DNA of 64,000 bases from Abditibacteriaceae bacterium (lineage in GTDB: Bacteria > Armatimonadota > Abditibacteriia > Abditibacteriales > Abditibacteriaceae). Shown here in pieces: positions 27,624 through 38,127 of this stretch (position 1 is its first letter; each line of letters opens with the position of its first letter). Both the position numbers and the translations under genes were made by a program. The DNA is taken from NCBI GenBank assembly GCA_031425655.1, contig JANPJS010000070.1, forward strand, positions 1 through 64,000. Reading direction: 5' to 3'. The notes under the pieces are model-generated. The model saw only the letters and a list, made by a program, of their open reading frames with translations, was not told the DNA's origin and searched no databases.

Positions 27624-29272
27624 TTCCGTTCGTTAGTTACGAACCATTTTTCGAGGTGTGACTCTTGAGAGTCATGCCTCGATTTTGGTATGTGGTGGAT
27701 TTCTACCCAGAACGACCCATCCGGCAACCACTCAATACGGTTGAAGATCAGCCGCATCAACCTTTGTAATTCTTCCGGCTCAGCCTCCTCAGCTAACTCC
27801 GAGAAACTCGACAAGACATCGCGAAGCGCCGCAGCGTCGGGACGTTGGCGCAAAACTTCCAAAGCGGCCAACCGCTGTTGCTTCTCGATATTAAGCCGCT
27901 CTCGCTGCTGAGTCAGAGCATCTACTTTCTCATTCATCAGGGCCAGCAGGGCATTATTCGCTTTACCTTGACCAATGGTTGTCAGGAAGTTGTTAATCTG
28001 CGCTTCCACTTCCAGCAAGGCTTGATTGGTTAGCTTAAGTGCCTCCGTTTCCGGAGACAGATCCCCTTCAAGTCGTCGCATTGCACCTTCTAAGGCAGTC
28101 TCAATCACCGATTCAGTTGCAGCGAGCCGCCAGATGCCTTGGAGGATCTGAGTCTCAGCTTGCTCGGATAGAACGCGGTTCTTATGCTCGCTCACTTTTG
28201 GTCCGTTCTTGTGCGTATTGGAGCAAGTGTAATAGTGAATTCGAGAAGCAGAACGACGCTTTTCTTTCAGATTCGGCTTATGTTGCACGTAATAGGGCGT
28301 CATCGCATGGCCGCATGTTGCACAATAGAAACGTCCCTGCAATGGATAAACGCGGCCACACTGGTTTCGGGAGTAACTCTTTGGCCTTCCACGGCGATTG
28401 GGGGACAAAAGCGCCTTCTCCCGCCTAATAACCTGTGCTTGGTCGAAGAGTTCCATAGGTATCAAAGGATCGAACGCATCAGCGAGGAGCTGATAAGCCA
28501 GTTGTTCCGGCACTCCCCGCCGTCCGCGATTCTTCTTGTTGATTTCGATACCACCCACATATCGGGGATTCATCAATACGTCTCGAATTGTGCTAACAGT
28601 CCATACAGGCTGGCCGGATGGTGATGGAATCTGATGCGTCTGTAACCACTCGCGCACTTTGTAATCAGAAGCTGTAGCTACGTAAACCTGAAACATCTTC
28701 AACACGGTAGGAGAGGTATCAGGATTTGCATCCAACTTTTGTGTTGTCTGGTTACTGACAAAGCCAAAGGGCACCGCGCCGCCGTTCCACATACCCTTCT
28801 CCGCCCGCATCCTCAGTTTCAGAGAAACCTTTTCGCCCGTCTGCTCGCGATCATATGCTTTGGCTCCAACAAGCATGTGTTCCATAAATCGCCCAGCCGC
28901 TGTGTCTCGATCCGCCTTATCATGCAATGTAACGAACTTCACTCCGTGTGCCCGAAACTCCTGATCCAAAATGAAGAACTCGCGCGTGCGGATAAGGCGG
29001 TCATACCATGTGCAGAGGACACAGTCCGCCTGTTTGGAGGTCACCAACTCACGCAGGCGAGCTAATCCTGGCCGTTTCAAGGAACCAACTGAATAGCCCG
29101 GATCTTGGATCTCCGCTGTAACTTCGTAACCCTGCTCACGACAGTAGGCACGAAGTTCCTCAAGCTGGGAGGCACAACTGGGGTAGTTACCACGAGTCTG
29201 CTCCTGCGTGGAAACACGGGCATAGGTGACAGCGCGCAGACTTTCGCCGTCATCCCGGTCAGATCTCTTCAT
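27560..29272 (-). CDS. Large serine recombinase (integrase); 3' end overlaps tRNA-Asn antisense
   Basis: YARVST (catalytic Ser), RPGL, DRLIR, GGAVPFGF recombinase domain, CATCG...YYTC zinc ribbon and coiled coil. Confidence 0.93.
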   Translation of the reverse strand: MKRSDRDDGESLRAVTYARVSTQEQTRGNYPSCASQLEELRAYCREQGYEVTAEIQDPGYSVGSLKRPGLARLRELVTSKQADCVLCTWYDRLIRTREFFILDQEFRAHGVKFVTLHDKADRDTAAGRFMEHMLVGAKAYDREQTGEKVSLKLRMRAEKGMWNGGAVPFGFVSNQTTQKLDANPDTSPTVLKMFQVYVATASDYKVREWLQTHQIPSPSGQPVWTVSTIRDVLMNPRYVGGIEINKKNRGRRGVPEQLAYQLLADAFDPLIPMELFDQAQVIRREKALLSPNRRGRPKSYSRNQCGRVYPLQGRFYCATCGHAMTPYYVQHKPNLKEKRRSASRIHYYTCSNTHKNGPKVSEHKNRVLSEQAETQILQGIWRLAATESVIETALEGAMRRLEGDLSPETEALKLTNQALLEVEAQINNFLTTIGQGKANNALLALMNEKVDALTQQRERLNIEKQQRLAALEVLRQRPDAAALRDVLSSFSELAEEAEPEELQRLMRLIFNRIEWLPDGSFWVEIHHIPKSRHDSQESHLEKWFVTNERNGCPGRIRTSDPSVNSRLLYR

Positions 29273-29573
29273 TTCTTTCTCCCAACTGCTCATTTGAGCT
29301 AAGAGCTGTCTCCCGCTTTTTAAGAATACGCAAGGCAATCCCACCCAAGATGTCCGCTATTGCGTCATGACGCTGGCTCGGCCTCATGAAATCACCAGAC
29401 AACTGTGCGAATGCCCGGTCGGAATCCAATTTGAAAACCACGCGCTCAGGCTCGTAAGCCAACTCTTTAGTCGGGCTGGGAATGGCTGACATAACTACGC
29501 CAGAACCAACCCCAGGCCTATCAATGTGAAAGCCGATGACCTTAATCATGAATTCCATCTCCTTTAGTCGCAT
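29259..29573 (-). CDS. Hypothetical protein upstream of the integrase
   Basis: 104-aa ORF overlapping the integrase start. Confidence 0.45.
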   Translation of the reverse strand: MRLKEMEFMIKVIGFHIDRPGVGSGVVMSAIPSPTKELAYEPERVVFKLDSDRAFAQLSGDFMRPSQRHDAIADILGGIALRILKKRETALSSNEQLGERNEEI

Positions 29574-29687
29574 TATACTTAATGGGATTCAACTTGTAAA
29601 CCAAATCTATTGAGGTAAACTCGACCAAGTTTTGCTCAGATCTCAGGATTCTGGGCATAAAACGACTTAAGGCAAACCACATTCGAC

Positions 29688-30164
29688 ATGGCACGACACA
29701 GTCACCGAAAGAAAACCAGCCCTTCGACGATCGAGTATTTTTTCGAGCGTCTCATAATCAAGAGAACAGATGGGCTTGAATTGGAAGTGCCACGGGAGGA
29801 ATGTTTATCCGTTGTGGACGTCACGCATCTCAAGCAGGTCTCGCGCACCGCGATCTACAAGGCAATCTTAGAGAAGCGCCTCGCCGCAGTTACAGTTGCA
29901 GGCCATGTGGTGATTCCTAAAATCGCTGCAGATTCTTGGATACCGGTCGAGTCCGAGGAGCGAGCTGGCGCCAAGCGGAGGGGAGGACGGCCTCGCGGCA
30001 GCAAGATGACCGAAGAGAGCAAAGCCAGGATTGCCAGGACACAGCGGTTACGCTGGGCCGACAGAAAGAGAGCGCAGTCCGATGCGGTGAAACCTCCTCA
30101 AGAGGACGAAACCAAGGCAGTCGAGAGCCAACGGAGGAGCCGCCGTCGTCGACAACCGGGCTAA
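29688..30164 (+). CDS. Excisionase-like HTH DNA-binding protein with a basic tail
   Basis: LSVVDV..LKQVSRTAIYKAI..KRL.A..VAG..VIP; basic RPRGSKMTEESKARIA motif. Confidence 0.6.
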   Translation: MARHSHRKKTSPSTIEYFFERLIIKRTDGLELEVPREECLSVVDVTHLKQVSRTAIYKAILEKRLAAVTVAGHVVIPKIAADSWIPVESEERAGAKRRGGRPRGSKMTEESKARIARTQRLRWADRKRAQSDAVKPPQEDETKAVESQRRSRRRRQPG

Positions 30165-30253
30165 CCTCACCAAAGAATTCTTTCGGATCCACGCCCCTCA
30201 ACTGCACTGCTGATGAGGCAGACGCTAATAACTATCCGTAACAGTAGCAAAAA

Positions 30254-31468
30254 ATGGCAACAAATTCCCCAGCACAGCATAGCGCAACGTCTTCGATCTC
30301 AGACGATGTCGGAGTGGATACCATGCGCCTCTATCTCTCGAACTATACCGTCCCACACAACTGCGATCTTCAAGTGGTTAGTGCTGCCAGGCTGCGCCTG
30401 AGTGGGCATGCTACAAGTTGGAGGGATCAGCCTTTGTGGGGAGCCGCCGGGCGCGAAGTCCATGGAGCGCTGGCTTTTCATATTGAAGAAGGTTTACACG
30501 TTCAGATCAGGCCGCTCCGTCCGGGCTTGTATGGCCCCCGCTATATAGCCTGTTACATCACTATATCTGTGCCAAAGCGATGCTTCGGTTGTAACCTGCA
30601 TCCGGTGAATTTAAATCAGATGCGCGGCGTCATTGACGGTATTATTGAGACCCTAAGAGAGATCGGTATTGAAGGGGATGTCTTAAGCGCCAAGATCTGT
30701 GGCATCGATCTTTTCCGTAACATCGTGCTTAACGAACCCTTCGAAAACTATATGCCGCTGCTTCGCTGCTTGCACCCTTCGCGAATCAACAACGTGCGAC
30801 ACTTTAAATCCGGGGCGTTGATGATGAATACGCAAAGAATCGTGCGTTTTTATGATAAAGGTGCTGAGATGCGCCGTCGTGGAGTTCGCCGTCGGGAGGC
30901 CGAGGAGAGACTAAACATCCTCCGTTCCGAATTTGGTTGGCGGAAAGGCAAAGTTGTCAAGAAGGAGTTGGACATTGAGACCGTCGAGGATCTTCTGAAC
31001 AGCTATGACCGTCTGCCAACCTTCCACCGAGATGCGATGCAGAAGACTTGGCACTTTCCACCTCCTCATCGCAACTATGCATCGCGTAGTGTCTCCGCAA
31101 TGACGCATAGCCAACAGATAAGCGATTGCATCAGGCTTCACGGGCTGAAGGGTTGGAAGTATGTATGCGAAGCCACTGGGCGGCGAGTTTTACAGGAGGC
31201 ATTGGGGGACGAACGGATTCTGCAAGAGATACTTTCCCAGTCCCGTGCATCCTCGCACAGTCGCTCCGACATTTGTAAGTTCAAACGTCAGTATCGGGAA
31301 GACCAATATATGCAGGCCGTGGCTGATGATCCGAGATTGCTATCTCTTCGGGATGAGGTTCTCAGCAAAGTGTTGAGAGACAAGTCTTTGATCCTAATAC
31401 CATCCCCCGTTACATTACCGTCGCCTCGTTATGTCTTACAGGAGCGCATGAAGTCTGTCGCAGCCTGA
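30254..31468 (+). CDS. Phage/plasmid rolling-circle replication protein (gene II/X, Rep_trans-like)
   Basis: SVPK..FGCNL, IDLFRN, RFYDKGAEM and NILRSE motifs. Confidence 0.7.
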   Translation: MATNSPAQHSATSSISDDVGVDTMRLYLSNYTVPHNCDLQVVSAARLRLSGHATSWRDQPLWGAAGREVHGALAFHIEEGLHVQIRPLRPGLYGPRYIACYITISVPKRCFGCNLHPVNLNQMRGVIDGIIETLREIGIEGDVLSAKICGIDLFRNIVLNEPFENYMPLLRCLHPSRINNVRHFKSGALMMNTQRIVRFYDKGAEMRRRGVRRREAEERLNILRSEFGWRKGKVVKKELDIETVEDLLNSYDRLPTFHRDAMQKTWHFPPPHRNYASRSVSAMTHSQQISDCIRLHGLKGWKYVCEATGRRVLQEALGDERILQEILSQSRASSHSRSDICKFKRQYREDQYMQAVADDPRLLSLRDEVLSKVLRDKSLILIPSPVTLPSPRYVLQERMKSVAA

Positions 31469-31522
31469 GAGGGTTCATAAGCCTTGTTACTGGCAAGGAC
31501 AATCGGCGACGACGGTTGCAGG

Positions 31523-31936
31523 TCACCGCAAGCGCTCATTTCCTGTCGCTTCATCTTGCATATGCTCAAGCAACCAACGGCCAATGACCCGCACAACATA
31601 GTGCTGCTCCGCCGCCGTCAGATCCTGCCCTTTTGGTAAACCATGCCATTTTGCAAGACAACCCCGGCAACAGGTGCCGGTGGCGTGCTGTGCGATAAAG
31701 ACCGGGTGTCCACGCCACGGAGTTTGCTTGCCGTCCTTAATGGGAAACGCCGGAGCCAGGCGACGCGCGATCAAATCGGCAGCGTGTTCCAGCACCAGAG
31801 GCAAACCCTTGTCATTCAAGTAAGAGCGCTCCTTGGGCAAAAGGAAAAAGCGGCTTCGAAAAGCGGACTTTTCCAGAGCAGCGAAGATTGTGTCAAGGTT
31901 GTAATTTGTCGGTAAACTTTCGTTTGTTGATCCCAT
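31523..31936 (-). CDS. DUF4186 family protein
   Basis: SAFRSRF...DGKQTPWRGHPVFIAQHATGTCCRGCLAKWH. Confidence 0.85.
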   Translation of the reverse strand: MGSTNESLPTNYNLDTIFAALEKSAFRSRFFLLPKERSYLNDKGLPLVLEHAADLIARRLAPAFPIKDGKQTPWRGHPVFIAQHATGTCCRGCLAKWHGLPKGQDLTAAEQHYVVRVIGRWLLEHMQDEATGNERLR

Positions 31937-32005
31937 TTCACCATGCCAAGAGTTCGCGGCTCTCTCTACAGCCTTTCGGCCCGGCATCACGTTTCTCAGC
32001 CTCGC

Positions 32006-32554
32006 TTATCGCCACATGAAAATTTCCATGCGACAGTTGAAGAACTTGGATAAGCGAATCATCATATCGTAGTCGTCGCAGCCCTCGTCTTCAATGCTCT
32101 GGTAATAGGCCAGGGAGATGCCGAAGTGATCGGCGACCTCCTCTGGTGTCAATCCCATTGATTCTCGCGCTTTTCGCCGTTGTTTATAGTTTTCCGTTTC
32201 CGCACCTTCGGTGCTTGCCGGAATGCCTTGATGGGCCTTCGACTTCCGGCGCTTCGGGTTCGCAGCTTTAGCCTCTTCTTCCTTGCTGCGTTCCCACTTC
32301 GCTTGCGCTTCCGCCGGACTGACCTCGTATTCCTCTTCTTGGGATTTCACACCCAGGCCGAACTTCTCAGCATCACGTTGGCAGTCCGCACTGAGATGAC
32401 CCACCCTATCCAGTAGATCCCGATATGACCGCCAGAGCCTGTCCACAGCGGTTTCAGCCGATTCTTTTGGCCCGGCGCCGAGCATTTCCCTTATCCGCTG
32501 GTGCTCCTGTTCCAGGCGATCTAAACGCTGGCGATCTTTTGCAGTTATGTTCAT
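32006..32554 (-). CDS. Protein with a C-terminal XRE-type HTH
   Basis: RKARESMGLTPEEVADHFGISLAYYQSIE. Confidence 0.7.
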   Translation of the reverse strand: MNITAKDRQRLDRLEQEHQRIREMLGAGPKESAETAVDRLWRSYRDLLDRVGHLSADCQRDAEKFGLGVKSQEEEYEVSPAEAQAKWERSKEEEAKAANPKRRKSKAHQGIPASTEGAETENYKQRRKARESMGLTPEEVADHFGISLAYYQSIEDEGCDDYDMMIRLSKFFNCRMEIFMWR

Positions 32555-32663
32555 AGGGTTACTCCGTCTATCTATTGTGCCATTCCGACGCGATGGTCGA
32601 AAAGGTCAGCGACGAACAGTGTCAGGCTGTGTCAAAAGCCCGGCTGAAAAGGAGATCCTCATC

Positions 32664-34130
32664 ATGGCAAGCATAACTCCGTTGAAGCGCAGCAGCCCGG
32701 AAGCAGAGGGCATTCCTTCCTCAGCAGTCTTGGAATTCATTCAGGCAGTCGAGCAGCACACACATCCTCTGGACGCAGTGCAGGGTTTCATGCTTCTGCG
32801 CTATGGCAATGTCGCAGCCGAGGGCTGGTGGACACCTTACGCGCCTCAGGTGCCGCACTCACTCTACTCGCTGAGTAAGAGTTTCACCTCCACCGGCATT
32901 GGCCTTGCGGTGGCTGAGGGGCTGCTCACCGTCGATGATCCCGTCCTGAAGTTCTTTCCTGACGACGCACCGGCGAATCCCAGTGAGAACCTAAAGGCCA
33001 TGCGCCTGCGACACCTCCTGTCGATGGACACCGGCCACCAGCAGGACACGACCAAGGATGTGTTTCGTGGCAAGGATGACAATTGGCCTCGCGCTTTCCT
33101 ATCACTGCGCGTCGAGCACCAGCCCGGCACATGGTTCGTCTACAATACCGCCGCCACCTATATGCTCTCCGCCATCATCACCAGGCTAACAGGTGAATCG
33201 CTGTCGGACTACTTGCAGCCGCGCCTGTTCGAGCCACTGGGCATTCAGAATCCCCGTTGGGAGACCGATCCATGTGGTATCAGCATCGGCGGGAGTGGTC
33301 TCCACATCACGACTGAGGACATCGCCCGTTTCGGGCAACTGTATTTGCAGAAGGGTCTATGGGAAGGCAAGCGCATCGTGCCGGAGACCTGGATAACAGA
33401 GGCGACGAGCATCCACTCCGACAACAGCAACACCGGAACTAACCCCGACTGGAAAGTTGGATATGGTTATCAGTTCTGGCGCTGCCGCCACAATGTCTAT
33501 CGCGGCGATGGCGCCTTCGGCCAATTCTGCATCGTCATGCCTGAATGGGACGCAGTGCTGGTTATCAATAGCGGCCTGCGGGATATGCAGGCGGTGCTGG
33601 ACAAGGTCTGGGAGCATCTACTGCCCGCCATGCAGCCCGAAGCGATTCCTGTGAACCCGCAAGCCTACCAAGAGTTGTGCGAGAAGCTGGCTACTCTGTC
33701 CCTACCACAGCCGCAGGGGCAGGCATCTTCTCCCCTGGAGGAGAAATGGATGGGAAAAACGTTCAAGCTGGAAAATAACGATTTGAAGCTTGAGAGCGCC
33801 GCCATCAACTTCATCAACGAACGTAACACACTCATCCTGCGTGACGAACGTGGCGAGCACCGAATCCAGATCGGCTACGCCAGATGGCTGACAGGAACAA
33901 CCAATTTACGTGGAAATGGCGACGAACCCGTCGCCGCGTGCGGCGCATGGACAGCGGAAGACACCTACGAGGTGCGGGTCTGCTACTATGAGAGCGAATT
34001 CTGCCCCGTCTTTCGCCTCCACTACACGAGCGACGAACTACAGATAGAAGTGGAACCAAATGTATCCTGGGGATCGGCGACGGTCACCACCATTTCTGGC
34101 CACAGAGCCGGTCACCTTCGCGATGAATAA
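32664..34130 (+). CDS. Serine hydrolase, beta-lactamase/PBP-like family
   Basis: SLSK (SxxK), HLLSM, FVYN, YGYQFW and GDGAFGQ motifs; AAGGAG RBS. Confidence 0.88.
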   Translation: MASITPLKRSSPEAEGIPSSAVLEFIQAVEQHTHPLDAVQGFMLLRYGNVAAEGWWTPYAPQVPHSLYSLSKSFTSTGIGLAVAEGLLTVDDPVLKFFPDDAPANPSENLKAMRLRHLLSMDTGHQQDTTKDVFRGKDDNWPRAFLSLRVEHQPGTWFVYNTAATYMLSAIITRLTGESLSDYLQPRLFEPLGIQNPRWETDPCGISIGGSGLHITTEDIARFGQLYLQKGLWEGKRIVPETWITEATSIHSDNSNTGTNPDWKVGYGYQFWRCRHNVYRGDGAFGQFCIVMPEWDAVLVINSGLRDMQAVLDKVWEHLLPAMQPEAIPVNPQAYQELCEKLATLSLPQPQGQASSPLEEKWMGKTFKLENNDLKLESAAINFINERNTLILRDERGEHRIQIGYARWLTGTTNLRGNGDEPVAACGAWTAEDTYEVRVCYYESEFCPVFRLHYTSDELQIEVEPNVSWGSATVTTISGHRAGHLRDE

Positions 34131-34474
34131 AACCTATGGCTCTCTCTTGGCTGTGTGCTATAGTGGGTCCATTACAGTCTTATGAATAAGCTGCCCAAAG
34201 CATAGCATTGAGGTTCGTAGTCCATGACGATGAAAACGAAGGTAATGGAGTCCGAGCCTGCCGTCGTCGACGCCGATAAACAAACCACTCTTTCATTACA
34301 CTTTTCTTGAACGATGCATCTGAAACGGAAACGGTTCTTTTGAAATAAAGCGATTACAAATAAACCTTTAAAGAGACACACTTCTGTCTTTAACCCCTCA
34401 ACGCTTCCCAAAAAATATCAGTTCATCAAGGATCATCCTGCCGTGAGTCCATCCAGTTCATAGAAAGGCTGTTT

Positions 34475-34523
<49 letters not shown>

Positions 34524-34959
34524 CAAACGGACAAGGATCATTAACTCTTCAACCGAGAATCCCACAGATTGGAAGGAAGGCATCATCGACATCGTCGGAC
34601 CAACATATCATTGAAAAACCAAAACCCTTTAAATACGCTATCCAAGGGACACAACCCTCCCCTTCCCCCTTCCTCCCCTCCGTGGCCAGAAGCCGTCCGC
34701 TTCTGGTCGGGGCCGTCCGCTCGCCGTTGGCGTCTCCGTCTCATCGTCGCCATTGGGTAGCGCGACACGCTGCAGAACAACTGAGTAGCCCTCTCCGACT
34801 GCTCTCTGCTTATCGTGCCTTCGCCGCGCGGGGCTGGGTAACACATCCGGCGTGCTCACAGGTGATGCTGATGATCAAGGCTGTTGTTGCTCACGAGGTG
34901 TGTTACCGTCACCGCGTCTCATTTTATACACCGCAGGTCAGGGGTCTGATCTCGGTCCC

Positions 34960-35418
34960 TCAGTCGTCGCGCCAGGCTACCCGCACGCGCCCGCCGCAGG
35001 TCTTGAGCAATTCATGGTCAATAATCCAGTGATACTGGTTTCGGCGACGGTGAATCATGAACAGCCCTTCACAAATCTCACAGCGACAGCGGCCAGCAAA
35101 CCACGAAAAGAGCCGTTCCCCGCAACAGGGACAATGACCGTGCAAGCCTTCGTCCAAGTCTATGCTCTCATCAATGATATCCAGGACTTCTTCGCCGTCG
35201 ACATCTCTGAGATCCGTAGCTTCTTGGACGCCGTTAACCCGACACAGCCAAATTTGGACATCCTGCCGTATTGCATAATACGGCACGCCACAACGCCAGC
35301 ACCAGACTCGTCCTTCCTCTTCAACCGGGAGTGCCGCGTCACAATACGGGCAAATGCCCTGGCCACTGATGACCGGCGTGGCGTTCTCTGGCACCTTCTT
35401 TTCTGTAATGTCCTTCAT
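34960..35418 (-). CDS. Hypothetical double zinc-ribbon protein
   Basis: CPYC, CWRC, CPCC and CEIC pairs. Confidence 0.55.
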   Translation of the reverse strand: MKDITEKKVPENATPVISGQGICPYCDAALPVEEEGRVWCWRCGVPYYAIRQDVQIWLCRVNGVQEATDLRDVDGEEVLDIIDESIDLDEGLHGHCPCCGERLFSWFAGRCRCEICEGLFMIHRRRNQYHWIIDHELLKTCGGRVRVAWRDD

Positions 35419-35700
35419 CGTTTATTCCTTCCCACAGTGGATTTTCATGGCGGACAAGGGGCTGTCAGTAAGGCCGAATCAGCTTCTCGCTCACCATATT
35501 CACCCCACTTTTACTATGGGCGGGTCAGGGGGGGGCTTAACCGGGGTTGGCAACTTCAAACTTCAAATACTTTGAAAAATATTCCAACGATTTTATGAAT
35601 CAGCAGCGAGAGTGCATGATGGTTGCACTCTCTAACATTACACTCAAATTAGATTTGCACTCCGATCCACAGGGAGGAAGCAAAACGGAGAGGCGAGGAC

Positions 35701-36369
35701 GTGACCCAGCGTGTAGAGAGTCCCGAATACGGCAGTGCAAGTGATCTCACACTATTGCTCAGCATTCTCAATGAGCTCGAATTGCTGGTTGAGCAGGGAC
35801 ACGGTTTGATGGGCGTAAAGCTCATTACCAAAGACCGGCTCACCGATCTGCTGGAATGCCTGCGCCAGACTTTGCCCGGCGCCCTCTTTGAACTGGACGC
35901 CGCGTTACAAGAGCAGACACAGTTCGCATCGGAAACGCAAGAGCAGGCCTACCAGATTGTTCAGCGAGCGAAGAAGGAAGCGACCAGCGTAACAGAGTTG
36001 GCTCGCCAACAAGCCACTCAGCGCATCGAAAACGCGCAGGCGCAACGGCAGCACATCTTGAGTGAGGCGGCTCGGCAGTCTCAGGCGATTCAAGATGAGG
36101 CGGCTCGCCGATCCGCACAACTTGTGCAAATCCATCCCACTGTGGTCAGGGCGCAGCAAACCGCTGATGAACTGCGGGAAGCGGCTCGGAAAGAAGCCAC
36201 TGAGTTACGTGCGGGAGCTGATGCCTATGGACTTGAAGTTATGGAAAAAGCCGAAGCTGCTTTCAGCAGATTACACGGGCGGGTGCGGGAAGGGCAGGCT
36301 CTTTTACGGCCTAACATGAACGATGAAGGCAGGGCCGGCAAAGGTGCGCCGACATCACAATGGCCCTAA
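35701..36369 (+). CDS. DivIVA/SepIVA-like coiled-coil protein
   Basis: LNELE.LVE...L..LL..LR..LP followed by A..EA/QA heptad repeats and GADAY. Confidence 0.6.
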   Translation: MTQRVESPEYGSASDLTLLLSILNELELLVEQGHGLMGVKLITKDRLTDLLECLRQTLPGALFELDAALQEQTQFASETQEQAYQIVQRAKKEATSVTELARQQATQRIENAQAQRQHILSEAARQSQAIQDEAARRSAQLVQIHPTVVRAQQTADELREAARKEATELRAGADAYGLEVMEKAEAAFSRLHGRVREGQALLRPNMNDEGRAGKGAPTSQWP

Positions 36370-36432
36370 CGCTGATGGCTTAACAGGATCAAGAAACGGT
36401 TAGATTGCAAGAGGGACTATAAGGAGCAAGTG

Positions 36433-36732
36433 ATGAAAACGATGTATCGTCAGGGCGACGTTTTATTGGTGCGGATTGAAGCGATTCCTTTGGGTGCCAA
36501 GCAGTGTCTAGGCCCTGTTGTTTTGGCAGAAGGGGAAGTCACTGGCCACGCCCATCAGATTCCCAGCGGCGCGCAACTCTGGCAGTTGGAGGAAACGCGC
36601 TTCGTGCTGGCTGAGCATGAAGTTGAAATGACGCACCAAGAGCACAGCAGCATCCAGCTCCTGCCTGGCGTCTACGAAGTTCGACGCCAACGCGAGTATG
36701 ACCTCAGAGCAAACCGCTACGTCGGCGACTAA
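36433..36732 (+). CDS. Small His-rich RQGDV-motif protein
   Basis: YRQGDVLL, LAEGEVTGHAH, HQEH and GVYEVRRQREY motifs; AAGGAG RBS. Confidence 0.8.
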   Translation: MKTMYRQGDVLLVRIEAIPLGAKQCLGPVVLAEGEVTGHAHQIPSGAQLWQLEETRFVLAEHEVEMTHQEHSSIQLLPGVYEVRRQREYDLRANRYVGD

Positions 36733-36771
36733 CCGGAACTGGCCTCTAACGTCATTTGACGAAGTTAATCT

Positions 36772-37980
36772 ATGCAACAATTTGGGCCATTAACCAACCA
36801 AATCCTCAGCCGTTTAGCGTCTGCGAACCGGCAACACGTCACTCTCAATCGGCAGGTGGTGGAGGATGCTTTCGCACAGCATTTCAAACTCCTTGGCCTA
36901 ACTCCGTTGCCTGTGCGGTGGATGGATGATGCCGAAGTTGCTTATGACAGGATGTCTCAAGTGTTTTGGAAAGCGGAGCAAGCGGCGACGACGGCGGAAG
37001 AGCGGGAGGAATACGACCTTTACCGGACGTCCTTTCTCTATGCCGACGTCTCCATGCAGGCTGTCGCGGCCAGGTTGCGCGCAGCACAGCTCTCGGTTCT
37101 CTTAGACGAGCGCCTGGCTGCCCTGTCCGCACTACGCGAACAGGCATCAAGGGCGTATCAGCCGGAAAAGCAAAAACTGGCCTGGCCGGATTTCCAGTTC
37201 ATGAAATGGGGGTCGAGTTATCAATCCGGACAATGGAAGACGGCATTTATAGGGAGTTGGTCCATGGCTGAGGAGGAAGCGGCGACGACGGCCATGTTAA
37301 GCAAGGGCCGTTTTCGAGAGGGTTTATGGGCCACAAGATGCGAAGTAGAATCGGCGGCGTGGCTGGCGTTGGAGGCGGCCTACTGGTTAGCGGCTCAGGC
37401 GCTGGCGAATTCCAGTTCTCCCATAGTTGAACATTGTGTCGCGGCCCACCTGCCCTTCCTGGAAGCTTATGAAGCCGGGTTGTGGTGCTTCTGGGTGCGG
37501 CGCCATGAAGTGGTGGCGGTGCCACGGCCTACTCTTCATATCCATAATAACCAACTGCACTGTGCGGATGGCCCAGCCGTATCGTGGCCCAATGGCACCA
37601 AATACTATTTCTGGAGGGGCATTCATGTCCCCTCCGAAGTGATTGAGTCTCCCCAATCCCTCACCGTCGCCGGCATCGACGCCGAGCGAAACGCCAAAGT
37701 GCGGCGCGTCATGGTTGAACGATTCGGACAGGAACGCTACCTGGTTCAAAGCGGCGCGTTAAAAGTCGATGACACGGACTGGGGAACGCTTTATCGCCGA
37801 CCAATGGAGGATGAAGAGGATCTGGTGATGATAAAGGTGATCAATTCTACGCCAGAGCCTGATGGCACATTCAAGGACTACTTTCTGCGGGTTCCACCTC
37901 ACGTTCAAACGGCAAAGGAAGCAGTGGCGTGGACCTTCGAGGAAAGCGCTGACGACTATGCACCCAGCGTGCAAACCTGA
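36772..37980 (+). CDS. DUF6745-like protein, paralog 1
   Basis: LHCADGPAVSWPNG..YFWRGIHVP, ERNAKVRRVMVERFG and NSTPEPDGTFKDYFLRVPP motifs. Confidence 0.8.
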   Translation: MQQFGPLTNQILSRLASANRQHVTLNRQVVEDAFAQHFKLLGLTPLPVRWMDDAEVAYDRMSQVFWKAEQAATTAEEREEYDLYRTSFLYADVSMQAVAARLRAAQLSVLLDERLAALSALREQASRAYQPEKQKLAWPDFQFMKWGSSYQSGQWKTAFIGSWSMAEEEAATTAMLSKGRFREGLWATRCEVESAAWLALEAAYWLAAQALANSSSPIVEHCVAAHLPFLEAYEAGLWCFWVRRHEVVAVPRPTLHIHNNQLHCADGPAVSWPNGTKYYFWRGIHVPSEVIESPQSLTVAGIDAERNAKVRRVMVERFGQERYLVQSGALKVDDTDWGTLYRRPMEDEEDLVMIKVINSTPEPDGTFKDYFLRVPPHVQTAKEAVAWTFEESADDYAPSVQT

Positions 37981-38127
37981 TCCTGGCCAGCACCAGTAGT
38001 AATGAAAAGGCAATAGATCAGAACGCCGGAATGGCCTTGGAACTCAGACCCACAACACCGTCTCGGAGAGACCAGTCGGTGTGCTGGACCCGGTGAACGT
38101 CGATGATAGTGGCCTAAGAGAACCCCT

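Noticed and set aside
32664..34130. Antibiotic-resistance beta-lactamase
   Set aside because: No signal peptide; motifs fit the broad serine-hydrolase family, so resistance cannot be claimed.
34852..35598. 248-aa plus-strand ORF
   Set aside because: Overlaps the more protein-like zinc-ribbon ORF on the opposite strand and has no motifs.
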